A stretch of 64,000 bases of DNA from Carcharhinus longimanus (taxonomy: Eukaryota), in contig JASCQW010000032.1 of NCBI GenBank assembly GCA_030264375.1, forward strand, positions 38,451,229 to 38,515,228. The letters are read 5' to 3'. A program made the position numbers and the translations under genes. Each line of letters begins with the position of its first letter. Position 1 is the first letter of the stretch. This document shows positions 48,161 through 61,019 of the stretch, piece after piece. The notes beneath the pieces were generated by a model, which was given only the letters and a program-made list of their open reading frames with translations, was not told the DNA's origin and ran no database searches.

Positions 48161-48304
48161 ATTCATTTACCTGGACAATTTATTTAATGTAACGTACTCT
48201 TGTGTTAGCTTCATCTGTCATATGTGTTTCATGTTGTTCTGAATTATTAAATATTTTTGAAGTTTTTAATTAATCTCATCTTAAAACAATGATGTCTTTT
48301 GAAG

Positions 48305-48388
48305 TGTCAGAAATTCCTCAGAAGCCAATTGTTGAAGAATTCAAACCAGTTACTGTTCAGGAAAAAGAAGAGATCATTACAGTTGAAG
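48305..48388 (+). CDS. TTN: TTN PEVK exon (VSEIPQKPIVEEFKPVTVQEKEEIITVE)
   Basis: tttgaag|..|gtacaa, 84 nt. Confidence 0.9.
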
Positions 48389-49422
48389 GTACAAAAATGA
48401 AAAGAAGACTTTCATACAAACTTCATCCAACATTATTATGTGAACAGTTGCTACTTTTCATAGCATTATATATCATAACCAGGGACCTTTCTGAACTTTA
48501 AGTACCATTGGTCTTCTCCATCTGTATCCATTAATGCATGCTGTTGTGTTGTATGGTGGTGTTTCTGTTTTATATCTGATTGCATTGCTTGTGCTGCCAT
48601 GGAGAAGCTTTAATAGCTAATAATGTTTAATTAAGTACCAAAAGATTAGAAGTAATGAAGCGAATATATTAATAAATTGTTACACACTAACTAGAAGTAT
48701 TATACAAGTGAAATGGAAATGCCAATTAGAAGAAAATTAATTTAATTATAAAATAGTGGGGAATATATTTCAAACTACAGTCATTCTGATATACTCCCTA
48801 TGTAACCAGAACAGAAAAAAAGCCAGTTGAATCTTGATCTAGATCAGTCTCATGAGGAGACTGGAGCATAGTTAGGAGGCCCCCAATATCAGGAATTTCT
48901 GAAATCTCAGGCTTCAAAGAAATTTGCTTGTGGAGTCAGCGTAAGAACATCTGCTAGGACTAGATGAGACCAAGAGACCGAACATATTGGTTTATCTAAT
49001 GGTGGATATGAAACTGTGGTCTGAACCATATTAAAGTTAGCATATTTTCTTTTTTTAACAAGCAACCTTTGCAAAGGGTCTTTAAGGGTCTTTAAGAGGG
49101 GGATAGCTAAAATTAATTTCCTGCTTGGAGGTCTAACACCTTAATACTTGAACATCTTAGATGTACCTCTGTTTAACATGTGAGCCCACCACTTAACAGC
49201 AGCTGAGTAGTAATCATTCAATTTAGCCAAAGAAAGATTTCTTGCTAGGTGCTATCCCCACATAAATGGAATTACTGCTCTTTACAACATGGAATGCTAT
49301 TTAATGTTTGTTGCTATTGTTATGTGTTTCATAGGACATGGCTTTGCCTGTTCTTAAACAATTTCAAAATGATTAAATGTTCTTGCATAAATTACATCTT
49401 AAAACAATCATATTCTTCAAAG

Positions 49423-49506
49423 AGCGCGAAGTTTATAAGACGACTACTATTGAAGAGTTCCAACAAGATGAAGTTGAAAGAAGAGAGATTATTACTCCAG
49501 TAAAAG
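49423..49506 (+). CDS. TTN: TTN PEVK exon (EREVYKTTTIEEFQQDEVERREIITPVK)
   Basis: ttcaaag|..|gtacaa, 84 nt. Confidence 0.88.
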
Positions 49507-50249
49507 GTACAAAATAATCAGAATTTCAAACTAGCTTTCATCTTGTGTTACAAAATTTATACTTTTCGTCATTTTCTTATATATCCAATTCTAAGTTCTT
49601 AGCTTTTTCTTCTTCAAAAGTAATTTGCCTAAGCCATATTCCTGTGTATCTATCGTCAATTGTGCATTCCTGTTTAATTGGTACATCAATTAATATTTGT
49701 TTACATTTGTTTGTGTTGTATATGCTACCATAACAGTAGGTCTAACAATAAGGAAAAAAACTATTTGCATTCAGTGCTGTCAAACAAATTTACTTTTTGA
49801 GTATTCTGTATTTCTGCCAAATTTATTATGACAGCATAAGTAACAAAAACATCAGGAATATAGATGTTATTTGGAAAGAAACCTGAAGTTACTTGCTGAC
49901 TTGTATCATTGCATGTGTAAAACAAAAAAGAAAATGCAAAATGGTAAAACAATCTCATTTTAAAATTTGATAATTTTACAGAATGAGTAAACGATCTTTA
50001 TTTTCTAATTGTTGGGAGAAATGCATTATCCTAGCAATTCAAAATTATCCTTATAACCATTTTCTCCTCAAGTGCCCAAAAAGTAATTAATAAGATATAC
50101 TAATTTTGTTGCTTTACGAGAGAAATGTCACTCTGTGTTAATTTTGTCTGTTCAGTGTGCTTCATATTATATTAAGTTGTATATATAACTTTAGCATGAT
50201 GTATATAATTACCCATGAATCTTACATTAAACAATCATATTCTTTAAAG

Positions 50250-50330
50250 TGCTGGAAGTGCCAAAGAAACCAGCTGCTGAACCAGTCCAACCACTTAAAA
50301 TTCCAAGAGAAAAAGTCACTCCTGTAAAAG
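50250..50330 (+). CDS. TTN: TTN PEVK exon (VLEVPKKPAAEPVQPLKIPREKVTPVK)
   Basis: tttaaag|..|gtatat, 81 nt. Confidence 0.92.
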
Positions 50331-50752
50331 GTATATTAAAAAATCCATGTAAATACTATATATACAGCTGTTCTTGTCAATCTGTTTTGCACAGTAACTT
50401 CTTCAATCCTATCCAGAATTTCCTTTGGTACTTGTTATTTATCACCAAAGTAAAAATTAGAAGTAAAATCCTTTCTCTAGTAAAAATAGCAAAATATGTA
50501 TTTTGCCAAAATAAATGTTCTCAAGTATGATTCCCCAATACAGAAATATGTAACGATTACTACTTACTACTCATACATTGAATTATAGAAAGCTACATTA
50601 CTTTGATTTAACAGTTGTCTTGTACTTGTAATAGGGAATGTCATTTTGTGTTAATTTAGTGTTTTTTGTGTCTGGATTTGGTCAACTAACTTTAATGTTA
50701 CCTGAATCATCTTAAATGAACCTTATCTTTAAACCAATAATGTTCTTTAAAG

Positions 50753-50827
50753 TGCCAGAGATCCCAAAGAAACCAATTGATGAAGAACCAGTTATGGTTT
50801 CAAGGAAGGAAGTTGCACCAACTGAAG
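50753..50827 (+). CDS. TTN: TTN PEVK exon (VPEIPKKPIDEEPVMVSRKEVAPTE)
   Basis: tttaaag|..|gtacaa, 75 nt. Confidence 0.92.
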
Positions 50828-51236
50828 GTACAAAAGAACACAGAAGAGTTTCCATCTAAATCTTAATCTTATGCACTGTACTGTCCTGTTATCTACAACA
50901 TTGTAAAAACATGTATTTTTTTTTCATAAATTAACTAACATCTTACTTATACTGTTTTTATTCCAGCATATATCCATTTATTTATGCTTAGTAATTCTTT
51001 TCTTCTGCAAAATAGTAGCTAATATAGTTTTTGTCACTCACATGACATACTGTCTGCTGCAATATTTTCCACATCCATTTAATACTTACATTGTTACAAA
51101 GTAATGTGTCCTATTCTGTTCGTTTTGTCTGTCATGTCATTTTGAGTTTCAGTATCTTAATGGCTTTATAGATTTTCATGAAATAATTGAATTCTGAAGT
51201 AATATCATGGTAAAATTGTAATAATGTTCTTTAAAG

Positions 51237-51320
51237 TGCCAGAGCTTCCAAGAGAACCTGTTATTGAAGTGGAGAAACCAGTTGCTATTCCAGGAAAAGA
51301 GGAGGCTCTTCCAAAAAAAG
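51237..51320 (+). CDS. TTN: TTN PEVK exon (VPELPREPVIEVEKPVAIPGKEEALPKK)
   Basis: tttaaag|..|gtatac, 84 nt. Confidence 0.92.
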
Positions 51321-51769
51321 GTATACAATAAAGAAGAGGATTTCAACCCAACATAGTGTTCTGGCCATTCCATTATAACATGTCTTTTGGGGCTATCTCA
51401 TTAATGTAACTAAAATTTCACTTCGAACACAATTAAGTCAAAATATCTTTTTATTGCCATTGATGTGTCCTTTTATTTATGTTGTGAGGTGTCGATAAAT
51501 GTAGTGTGTCTCCTTGCATTTTTCATGTCGTCCTATCTTAATTGTAAACGTCATGTTTTGTTCTTTGGAGAGTATAACCAAAACTTGAGGTTGGAACTTG
51601 AACTACTCATAGCTTAGCTTCTGGATTATTTCTTCAGGCTGCTGTTTTTGGAACTTCAATATACTTGCCTAAAGTTTGATTACACAACAGGAAGTGGTCT
51701 GTCTGTTTGTTAAAACAAGTTGTTTACTGATTTGGTTGGCCTGGTAGGCCAACTTCTTCTGTAAATTAA

Positions 51770-53390
51770 ACAGGACTGGGAGAACACAGAGAGGCCACAA
51801 GAACAGGGCAAGCTGCTAGAAGAGGCAGAGGGAGGGCTTTCAGCAGGATGTCATATTTTTAAGGCTGGTCTTTAGGGAGCAATTCTCTTATCTCAACTTC
51901 AACATGGACCAGTGTTCAAGATATCTTCACTTCACAAAATAAACTGAATAAATGACTGAAATGTGCTAACTGCTGCAGCCAAGCTGCAATCTCAATGAAT
52001 GGCAAGGACAGCATTGCTGTGTCTTTCAAGGTTATATAGCTCTTATCTTTGATATGTCTGATTCTTTGCAGGCTGCTGCTGGAGATGTAGCTTATATGTT
52101 AGTTTGTAATATACAGCTGCATCCGGGATGTCAGGGGACCTATCTATGCAGAGAGCTTCACCTCATTTATTCTTGCTGGAGTTGAGCAGATAGAGCAATC
52201 AAGAGGGTTTACATGTGTACTCTATGGTACAGGGTGCCATGGACATCCTGCACATTGGCTTTGCATAAACCTTATGTGAGCTCAGCATTTTTTACAAACC
52301 GAAAGGCATTCCACTCCCTTACTTATTTGTAGATATATATCCACAAGTAGCTCACAATGCAGATGAATATCTACTATCCTGGCAGCATTCTCTGTATCAC
52401 CATGTTCTCTGTTGACCCAGTATGATAAGCCCAAGGCTGACTACTGTGCAACAATTGATATGCACTCATGACATGACTTGTTATTCCTGTATAGAACCCA
52501 CACCCATAAGCAAGGCATGTCTACAAAGAAAATCATGTTGTCACAAAAAAATTACAGAGTATTCCCAAGCAACGTTGTCATTATCCGAACCAGTGTGGAG
52601 GTGCGCTGTGGTTTTCGTCTGAGCAAGCAACAATATTTGTGCTAGTTTGCTTCATGTTGCATGACATCATCTTTATGGGAAAAGAAGGGAGGACCTATTT
52701 GGTCACCCCTTTCTGTCCCAGCTCTTCATGGATTGTAGTAGCACCTCAGCCAATTTTCCCCAATCAACAAAATTCCACATTCCTTATCCTTCCTTTATCA
52801 CAAACCATCATATTCTCTTTCTGGTCCTATAAACGGAAAAAACATCTGAAAATAAACCTTCTAATGCACTTTTATGTATTCAGCCATGAGATAATGTATC
52901 TAAAATAGTCCAATCACCAATGTGTATTTCCCTAGTGTTACTGTTCTAGAAGGTTCAGCTTCAGACTATACCATTTCAGCCTGGGCTGTAGCTGTCTGGA
53001 ATGGCTGACGGATAGGCAACAAAAGTACAGATAGAGTGCAGAGATGGGAACAAGAATGTTGCAGTTTTGAGAGAGGTTCCACTGCCATTCTCATGGACCA
53101 CTGCCATTCTGCTGGGACAGCTCCAAAGCAATCTTATTGATCTGCTGGACATCAAATTAATGGACAAAAAAACCCTCTGAACAATGGTACATCAGAGCCA
53201 TGATACTCTTACAACAGTGCACAGAGCTTTGATGGAAGCCGCTGAAACTGCAATAGAAGTTGATATGTTGCCCTTAAGGAGTGATATCACAGTGAGTTCC
53301 ACAGAGCTGAGCACCCATTCCAGTTTGGAAAGAATGGGCCCTAAGTCTATCGAAAGCCCTGTGCTAAATCTCTATTGGACACTGTGAGAT
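51770..53390 (+). mobile_element. Decayed PIF/Harbinger transposon (HARBI1-like DDE transposase relic)
   Basis: Ordered motifs MVQGAMDILHI (52224-52256), FTNRKAFHSL (52291-52320), YPGS (52375-52386); many stops and frameshifts; outer boundaries approximate. Confidence 0.75.
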
Positions 53391-53529
53391 TCCTTGATAT
53401 TAAGCAGACATTGCAATGCTCTGAATGTTTGGTTATGTACACCCACCAGCTTTATTTTTTCTAAAGTGCAATCTGTCAAAATCCTTATCTGAATCTATGT
53501 TATATGACCCATTAGGATGGTTTGCCCTG

Positions 53530-56030
53530 GAGGGGAACTTGCCAAGCACCTGCCATTCTTGTCCTTCGCTAGAGCATGGTAGAGATTGAGAGTTTGGAAC
53601 ATGCTGTTAAAACAGGCTTGTTGAGTTGCTGCAATGCAGCTTGTAGATGGTACACACTGCAGCCACTGTGCACCTGTGATGAATGGATTGAATGTTTAAG
53701 GTTTGGAGGGGGGCATTAATCAGGAATGCTACATTTTTCCTGGATGGTGTCAAGCTTCTTTGGTGTTGGAGCTGCATTCATCTTGGCAAGTGGAGAATGT
53801 TCCATCACACTCCTGTTTTATACCTTGTAAATGATGGGCAAGCTTTGGTTCACTTCAGAATTCCCAGTCTCTGACCTGCTGTTGTACAATAAGAAGTCTC
53901 ACAACACCAGATTAAAGTCCAATAGGTTTATTGGTAACACAAGCCACAAGCTTTCAGAGCGCTTCTCCTTCTTCTGTTCACAAATAGGGCATATAAAGAC
54001 ACTGCTCTTGTAGCCACGGCTTTTGCAGTTAAGTTTCTGGTTAATGGTACCACCCCCCCCACACCAACCCAGGATGTTGATGATGTGAAATTCAGTGATC
54101 GTAAGACTGCTAAACATCAAGGGGAGATGATTAGTTTTTTGTCTTGTTGAGATGGTCATAGCCTGGCACTTGTATGGATATTAGTTACTACTTATCAGTC
54201 CAAGTGTGAATGTTTCCCCAATCTTGATACATCTGGACACAAACTGCGTCAGTATCTGAGGAATTGCAGGAAAGTACTGAACGTCATGTAATTGTCCCCA
54301 CCTCTGACTGAATTTTGCAGCAAAGTTCATTGATAAAGTAGCTGAAGATGTTTGGGCTTGGAACACTACCCTGAGGAACTCCTGCAGTAAACTCCTTAGG
54401 GCCAAGATGATTATCAATAACCATTAGCATTTTGCATTGTGTTAGCTATGACTCCAACTAATGTAGAGTTTTCTCATTTGCTTCTTGATGCCACATTCAG
54501 TTAAAGCAAGCCTTCATGTTGATAACGGATATTCTCCCCTCACTGCCTGTATTCAACTCTTTTTTTCTGCAGCTGAATGGCCCTGGCAGACCTCAAACTA
54601 AACATCTATGAGCAGGTTATTGCTGTGCAAATGTCGCTTGATATCACTGCCACCACCATCTTCCATTACGTTGCCGTTGATTAAGAATAGGCTGTTGGGA
54701 CAATAATTCACCAGGCTGGATTTTTCTGCTTTTTGTGGACAGGGCATGTCTGGACACTTTTGCATATTGTCAGGTAGAGGCCAGCATTGCAGTTGTGCTG
54801 GAAAGTTGGCTGGAACGTGATTCTTCTGGAGCACAAGACTACAACTTGGATGTTGTTAGGACCCATTATAGTTCTTGTAGCTGGTACTGTCAACCCGTTC
54901 TTGGTATCAGGTGGAGTGAATTGAATGAGTTGATGACTAGTATCTGCAATCTTTTGACCTCAAAAGGAGGCTGAGATGGATCAAGCAATTGACATTCCAA
55001 TCGGAAGATGGTTGCAAATGTTTCAGCTCCGTCTTTTTCATTGGGTTCCAGTTTGTGGAGTCTCCTCATCCTTTAGTCGTTTCATTGTCCACCACTTCTC
55101 ATGTATGAATGAAACAGAACTGCAGAGATTTGATCTGGTTCATTGTTTGTACACTCGCTCAACGTTGCCTATTGTGAGCTGCTCCCAGCTTTTAGCATAA
55201 ATGTGGTGTTGTCTTATAACTTCACCATGTTGGAATCTTATCTTGAGGTTTGCATGGTGCTGCTCCTGATTGATTGAACCAGCATTGATCCTCTGACTTG
55301 ATGGTAATGGAAGACTGAGGGATGCAGCAGGTGATGGTTACACATTGCAGTTAAATACATGTTGCTCCTGTCCTTGGTTCAAGGATGCCAGGTTTTGAGC
55401 AGTTAACTCTGTTCTGAATCTATCCCATTGAGCATGATGGTGGTTCCATCCAACAGCACACAAGCTCAGTTTGACAGCAGCTATGTCCTTCAGGGCAGAC
55501 CAGCTCGATCAGGAGTGTTGCTACTGAACCACTATTACTGATTGGCATTGAAATCCTGCTTGGAGTATACATTCTGTGCTACCCTGAATACCTCTTCTAA
55601 ATAAACACAGAGGAATACTAATCAACAGCTGAGGCAATGTGGCAGGAAGAAGTCAGTAGGATGTTTCCTTACCTATTTTTCACTTATTAACATCAGAGTT
55701 CACAAGGTCTGGAGATAATGTTATGAGAGCTTCCAAGATCAGTTCCTCCCCACCCTATACCACTGTGTCACCAAGATTGGTAGGTGTGTCTAGCTGGTTG
55801 GACAGGACACACCTGGGCACAGTGATCCAAGAGTCCAGGACGTTGGCTGTAAGGTATGATACAGTGAGTATGGCTATGTCAGGGCGATGCTGGGCTCACC
55901 TGTGAAACAACTCTTCCAATTATTGCACAAGTACTAGGGCATTTGTGATGATGACATTGCAGGATCAGCAGGGCAGGATGTGCCTTTGTCTTTTGTGGTG
56001 TTCTGGTCAATGTTGGGTAGGGTCCATCTG
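53530..56030 (-). mobile_element. CR1/L2-clade LINE relic (RT and upstream ORF2 region), same family as 30530-31680
   Basis: Minus strand AGVPQGSV at ~54362-54385; ITEFHIINILG..TINQKLN; colinear with the 30530 copy. Confidence 0.85.
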
Positions 56031-56202
56031 GTTTTATTTTAACCAGTTTCTTCCCTCATGTTTGTGTAAGTGAGGATACATAACGTTCCCACGGGCTGAT
56101 TTTCTCTGCCAAGCACGCTTGTGTTATTTTAATTTGTTAGTTCGCACACTTCAAGATAAAATGATTATATCTTAAACTTCTTAACATTATTGTTTCTTAA
56201 AG

Positions 56203-56274
56203 TGCCAGAGGTTCCTAAGAAGCCAGTTCCTGAACCACTGAAACCAAAGAAAGAGGCGGTTGCTCCAGAAAAAG
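56203..56274 (+). CDS. TTN: TTN PEVK exon, amplified copy 1 (VPEVPKKPVPEPLKPKKEAVAPEK)
   Basis: cttaaag|..|gtattc, 72 nt. Confidence 0.93.
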
Positions 56275-56409
56275 GTATTCCTCCTTGTGATTTTAGATGC
56301 TGGAAATTCTTTTATGACGCATATATCGTGAACTGGTATTTTCCGGGCCTGGTGGGGTGGGTGCAGCTGCGACGGATGCAGCAAGCCAGCCAAATGTTCA
56401 TTGACTTTG

Positions 56410-56782
56410 AAGAGAGGGATAGAGATGTTTTACTGTAATTATATAGGGCATTGGTGAGCCACGTCTGCAGTATTGTGTGCAGTTTTATCTGAGGAAGGAT
56501 GTCCTTGCTATAGAGGAAATACAGCGAAGGTTTACCAGGCTGATTCCTGGGATGGCAGTCTGATATATGATGAGAGACTAAGTCCGTTAGGATTATATTC
56601 AGTGTAACTTAGAAGAGTGAGAGGGGTTCTCATAGAAATTTATAAAATTCTAACAGGGTTAGACAGGGTAAATTCAGAAAAAATGTTCCCAATGTGAGGG
56701 AGTCCAGAACTAGGGGTCATAATTTGAGGATAAGGGATAACCTTTTAGAACTGAGGTGAGGAATGTGTGGAATTCACTATCA
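56410..56782 (+). mobile_element. CR1 LINE fragment
   Basis: LYRALV..LQYCVQF, KDVLAIEEIQRRFTRLIPG, LIEIYKILTGLDRV in shifting frames. Confidence 0.85.
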
Positions 56783-57067
56783 CAGCTCTCCCAATTTTGG
56801 CACAAGTCCCTCGATGTTACCAGGGAACAATTTGCAGTGTTAACTTGGCTTGATATGTCTTTGCCATTATTGTTTCATTGCTCGGCAGTCAGTCTTATTT
56901 GATTTTAACCAGTTTCTCCCCCAGTATTGTACGTGCAAATAGATAATGTAATTTTCAGTTGTATTTCACTGTCAGATATGTTTGTGTTATTTTAACCTGT
57001 TGCTTAGATATCTCAATGATAAAAAAAAATTGCACGCAAAGCAACTTAACATTATTGTTTCTTAAAG

Positions 57068-57139
57068 TGCCAGAAGTTCCTAAGAAGCCAGTTCCTGAAC
57101 CATTGAAACCTAAGAAGGAGGCGGTTACTCCAGAAAAAG
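57068..57139 (+). CDS. TTN: TTN PEVK exon, amplified copy 2 (VPEVPKKPVPEPLKPKKEAVTPEK)
   Basis: cttaaag|..|gtagat, 72 nt. Confidence 0.93.
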
Positions 57140-57261
57140 GTAGATTTCTTTTTATTTTAAATTCTGGAAATATTTGGATGAAGCAAATACCATGTTGCTA
57201 TTTAAATATTAATAATCTATTTTTTCATGCTTTAATATGTTGAGAAGTATTATTATTACTA

Positions 57262-58425
57262 CAAATTCCAACAACCTCAACCATCTTAATTTGTGCTAGG
57301 TATGATTCTAACCAGTGGAGATCTTATCCCCAATTCCATTGAGCTTTAGTTTTGTAAAGGCTCACTGATGCCACACCGAATGAAATGCAGGCTTCAGGTC
57401 AATGGTAGTCATTCTTACCTCACTCTTCAATTCACTGTTTTGTCCGCATATTTGGAACAAAGCTGAAATGAGGCATAGAGTCGAGTGGCTGCGGTAGAAG
57501 CCAAATTGAGTGTCTATGAATGATTGTTGCTTGATAATACTGTCAATGATATTTCTTTCACTTAGTTGGTGATTGAGTAGACTGTTGGCTCATTCATTGG
57601 CAGGTTTGGATTTTTTTCTGATTGTGAATTCATCCTCCTGTCTTTACTTCTACACCCCCTCCCCACCCCTTTGCAATCCCTCTCACACCTTCATTCATCC
57701 AGTTTCTTGCGAAACCCAGCCCTCCCTTTAGGTGCACTATCGACGGCAGCTACTACTGCCAGTAACACAACCTCTTATGGAGACCAATGCGTCTCATGAT
57801 TGGTCAGCAGCTCTGGATGGGCAGGATTACTGATCCGGGGGTCCTGAATCCTGGTGTAGCCCCTATGCATCGCCACTCAAGTACCTGATTTTCAGTCGGT
57901 CCTTCCCCTCAGAAAAGGTTTGGTTTTCCAACCAGTTCTCCATCCGGTAAGCTGAATCCACATCAGTTGCACAAAATCCACCCCCATGAGAGGGCATGCA
58001 GGCTGAAGTCAAGGATGAGGATTCCCAGAGTCACACCTCTAAATGCCATTGTGCCACCACCGTCACAAGTCTGTCCTGTTGGTAAGACAGAGAAAAGCCA
58101 GGGATGGTGCTACAGGAATCCGGGACATTGGTTGTAAGGACTATGTCAGACTGTTGCTTCACTGGACTTTGAAATAGCTTTCTCAGTTTTGGCACAAATC
58201 CCCAGGTGTTGTTGAGGAAAATTTTGCAGTGTCAAATTGAGAGGCTGTCTCCTTGATGTTTCCAGCACTTAGAGCCAAAATTCTCCTGTTTCGCCCACTA
58301 CGGAAATTGTAGCGGGTGAGACAGAAAATTCGGTGGACCATCCAACAGGAATTTCTGTTCTTGGGATGCACGCGGCCAGAGAATCCTGCCCAACATCGAT
58401 GCCGTGTTGTCCATCTTGGTTCACT
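57262..58425 (-). mobile_element. Duplicated LINE relic with nested MITEs
   Basis: Colinear with 54420-54730 and 55740-56030. Confidence 0.75.
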
Positions 58426-58580
58426 TTAACCAATTTATCTCCCTGTATGTGTACACGAGTGTGCATAATGTCGCCTTGGGTTAAACTTCTCTGCCAGATA
58501 TACTTGTATTATTTTAATTTGTTGCTTAGAAATTTTAATGATGAAAGCTTTGTATCTTAACATTAAACTGTTTCTTAAAG

Positions 58581-58652
58581 TGCCGGAAGTTCCTAAGAAG
58601 CCAGTTCCAGAACCATTGAAACCAAAGAAAGAAGCTGTTACTCCAGAAAAAG
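58581..58652 (+). CDS. TTN: TTN PEVK exon, amplified copy 3 (VPEVPKKPVPEPLKPKKEAVTPEK)
   Basis: cttaaag|..|gtacat, 72 nt. Confidence 0.93.
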
Positions 58653-60209
58653 GTACATATCTTTTCAAACATGCTGGTCGACACATCCTGCTTCCAGGAA
58701 ATGAAGGGATCAAAGTGAAAAAAAAGCTTTGAAATAATAAGAGAAATAACATTTTTTTTGTGAAGTCATAGGCTGAAATATTACCCCTATGGGCAGATGG
58801 ACTAAATATTCAACAGATTGCATTCAATAATGCACTAATTATCTTCTTTTGTAATTACTTTAATCACCAATTTTAATTCCATATATATGAAACATAGATG
58901 CCCAAGTTCAAAGTATTACATGACAAAAAAAAAATTAATTTACTTTGATTTGTTTTACTTAACTAGATTCTCATTTTTTACAAATATTTTTATAAATTGT
59001 TCTTTGCATTCTTGGTTGTTGTTGTTTCTCTTCCCACAATCCTTCATCTGTTCCCATAGCAAGGTTTTGTCTGGAACAGGTTGCTAACCTGTCGTCAGAG
59101 GCTCATCGCTTGAGGGGCGCCACTCTGCATCAAGCATGGCTGATTAGAATCTCTCCCACTCTTGCCATCTGTCATTGGCATGTTGGAAGGATTTCACAGA
59201 TTGACAGTCAATCTTTTGGCTGCATTAGAAATGTACCCCCATTGCCCATCAAGTCCAAGGCCATTGATTGGGACTTGAACCCACAGCTTCTGGCAGAGAC
59301 AGAGATGCTACTCAGTGTATCACAAGACCTCCCTCTACATTCTCAGTGCCACACTCAATATCTTCAGACTCAAAAGCCACATCCTCACCTATTTCTTAAT
59401 ACTCTGAATATTTCATCATGAGTGTCAAGAGCAACATTTATCATATCACTTTCTCCATTTTCAGTGTCACTGTCTGTATTTTGTGTCTTCAATGAACAAT
59501 TAATTATTTCATGATGGACCGATTAGATGTTCTTTTTCATTGAGCCAAAATAAAGAGATTTCTGGGTGATCCTGTTCAGCTTTTATGTTTTATGATGTTT
59601 TCCAAGAGTGTTTTCATTTTGTTTTTCTCATAAGACAAACATTCAGTGGGTCAGGTGGCTAACCTAAGGGTGACAATCGTACTTTACCATCATTTACCAC
59701 TGATGTTCTGCCAGTATCACATTCTGGGTTGACTCATATTTATGATGAATTTAATAGATAAAAGCTTCCTTAAAGAGTCTGCTCTCTTACTTGCAACACT
59801 GGTTCATGCATTCTGTTGCTGTTTGTCAACTTACAATTCACACCTTTACATCTTCTGTGCTGTGGTGTGGCATCTGCCATTTTTGCCTTGCCAAGTGATA
59901 TGTAGGTCTCAGAACATTACTGGCACAAAATAAATAAATTATGAGAGAAAAATAAGCAGATGAGAGATGCATGGTGTAATTTGTTGCATTCTTTCTTGAA
60001 AAGTATGGGTAAGGTTGTTTGAAGCATGTCTGACTTATAATGTCAGTGGGGACACCTCGTAGAATCCTCTGCTAGGAGGCCAGTGCCCCTCAGGTAGGGA
60101 TGGTGTGATGTCAACTCCCATATGACATGCTTTTTGGTCTAGGAATGCATCTCACTGGTTGAGATTGGCCTAACGACCTCAGAATGTTCCAACAAGGAGG
60201 CACATTTCT

Positions 60210-60665
60210 TATGTACAGATATTTGGTTTTATTTTGCAACCCTCAATGCTTCTTCCAAATAGTATTCAACATGTAGGATTAGGAACTCATAACTGAGGGA
60301 GGGCAGTGGGTGTTAATAAGTAGGAAGTTTCCTTAGCCTTGTTTGATTTGATACCATGGGAATTTATGACAACTGGAAGCAAGGTTGAGTGTTCCCAGGA
60401 TCATAACAGCCTGTAGAACCTTTCTGGTGGGTCTATCCTGCTGGTGACACAGGGCATAGCCAGGATAATGATGCAGGAGTCTGGAATAGTGGCTCTTTGA
60501 TGGGGATCAGGCTGTTGCTTGACTGGTTTGTAGGACAGCTGTCCCAACTTTGGCACATGTCCCCAGCTTTTAATGAGGAGGATCTTTCAGGGTTAGGGTT
60601 AGGGTTGAATGTCTCTTTGTTGTTTCCTATACTTAGGTCAATGCCAGCTGATCCTTCTAGTTTTA
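60210..60665 (-). mobile_element. Duplicated LINE relic
   Basis: Colinear with 55570-56030. Confidence 0.7.
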
Positions 60666-60830
60666 TTTTAACTAGGTTCTTCTCTGATGTATGTGTACAT
60701 GACATTAGGTAATATTGCCTTGGGTTGAATTTCTCTGCCAGCTATGTTTGTGTTATTTTAATGTGATACTTTGATCACTTATTGATAAAATGATTACATA
60801 TTCAGTATCTTAACATTATGTTTCTTAAAG

Positions 60831-60902
60831 TACCAGAGGTTCCTAAGAAGCCAGTCCCTGAACCATTGAAACCAAAGAAAGAGGCAGTTACTCCAGGAAA
60901 AG
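60831..60902 (+). CDS. TTN: TTN PEVK exon, amplified copy 4 (VPEVPKKPVPEPLKPKKEAVTPGK)
   Basis: cttaaag|..|gtattt, 72 nt. Confidence 0.93.
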
Positions 60903-61019
60903 GTATTTCTTTGTGTTATTTAGATGCTGGAAATGCCATGTTGCTGTTTAAATATTAAAATGTGATTCGATTTATTGATTATGCTTTAATACTTTTATAA
61001 GTATTGTTATTGTAGCTGC

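Noticed and set aside
48620-48660. ATAATGTTTAATTAAG|TACCA resembling a PEVK acceptor
   Set aside because: Immediate stop codon and no donor; at most an unprovable decayed exon.
60590-60606. GGGTTAGGGTTAGGGTT telomere-like repeat
   Set aside because: Under three units, at a position where paralogous LINE copies already have CAGG(G)T..GGG; local slippage is sufficient.
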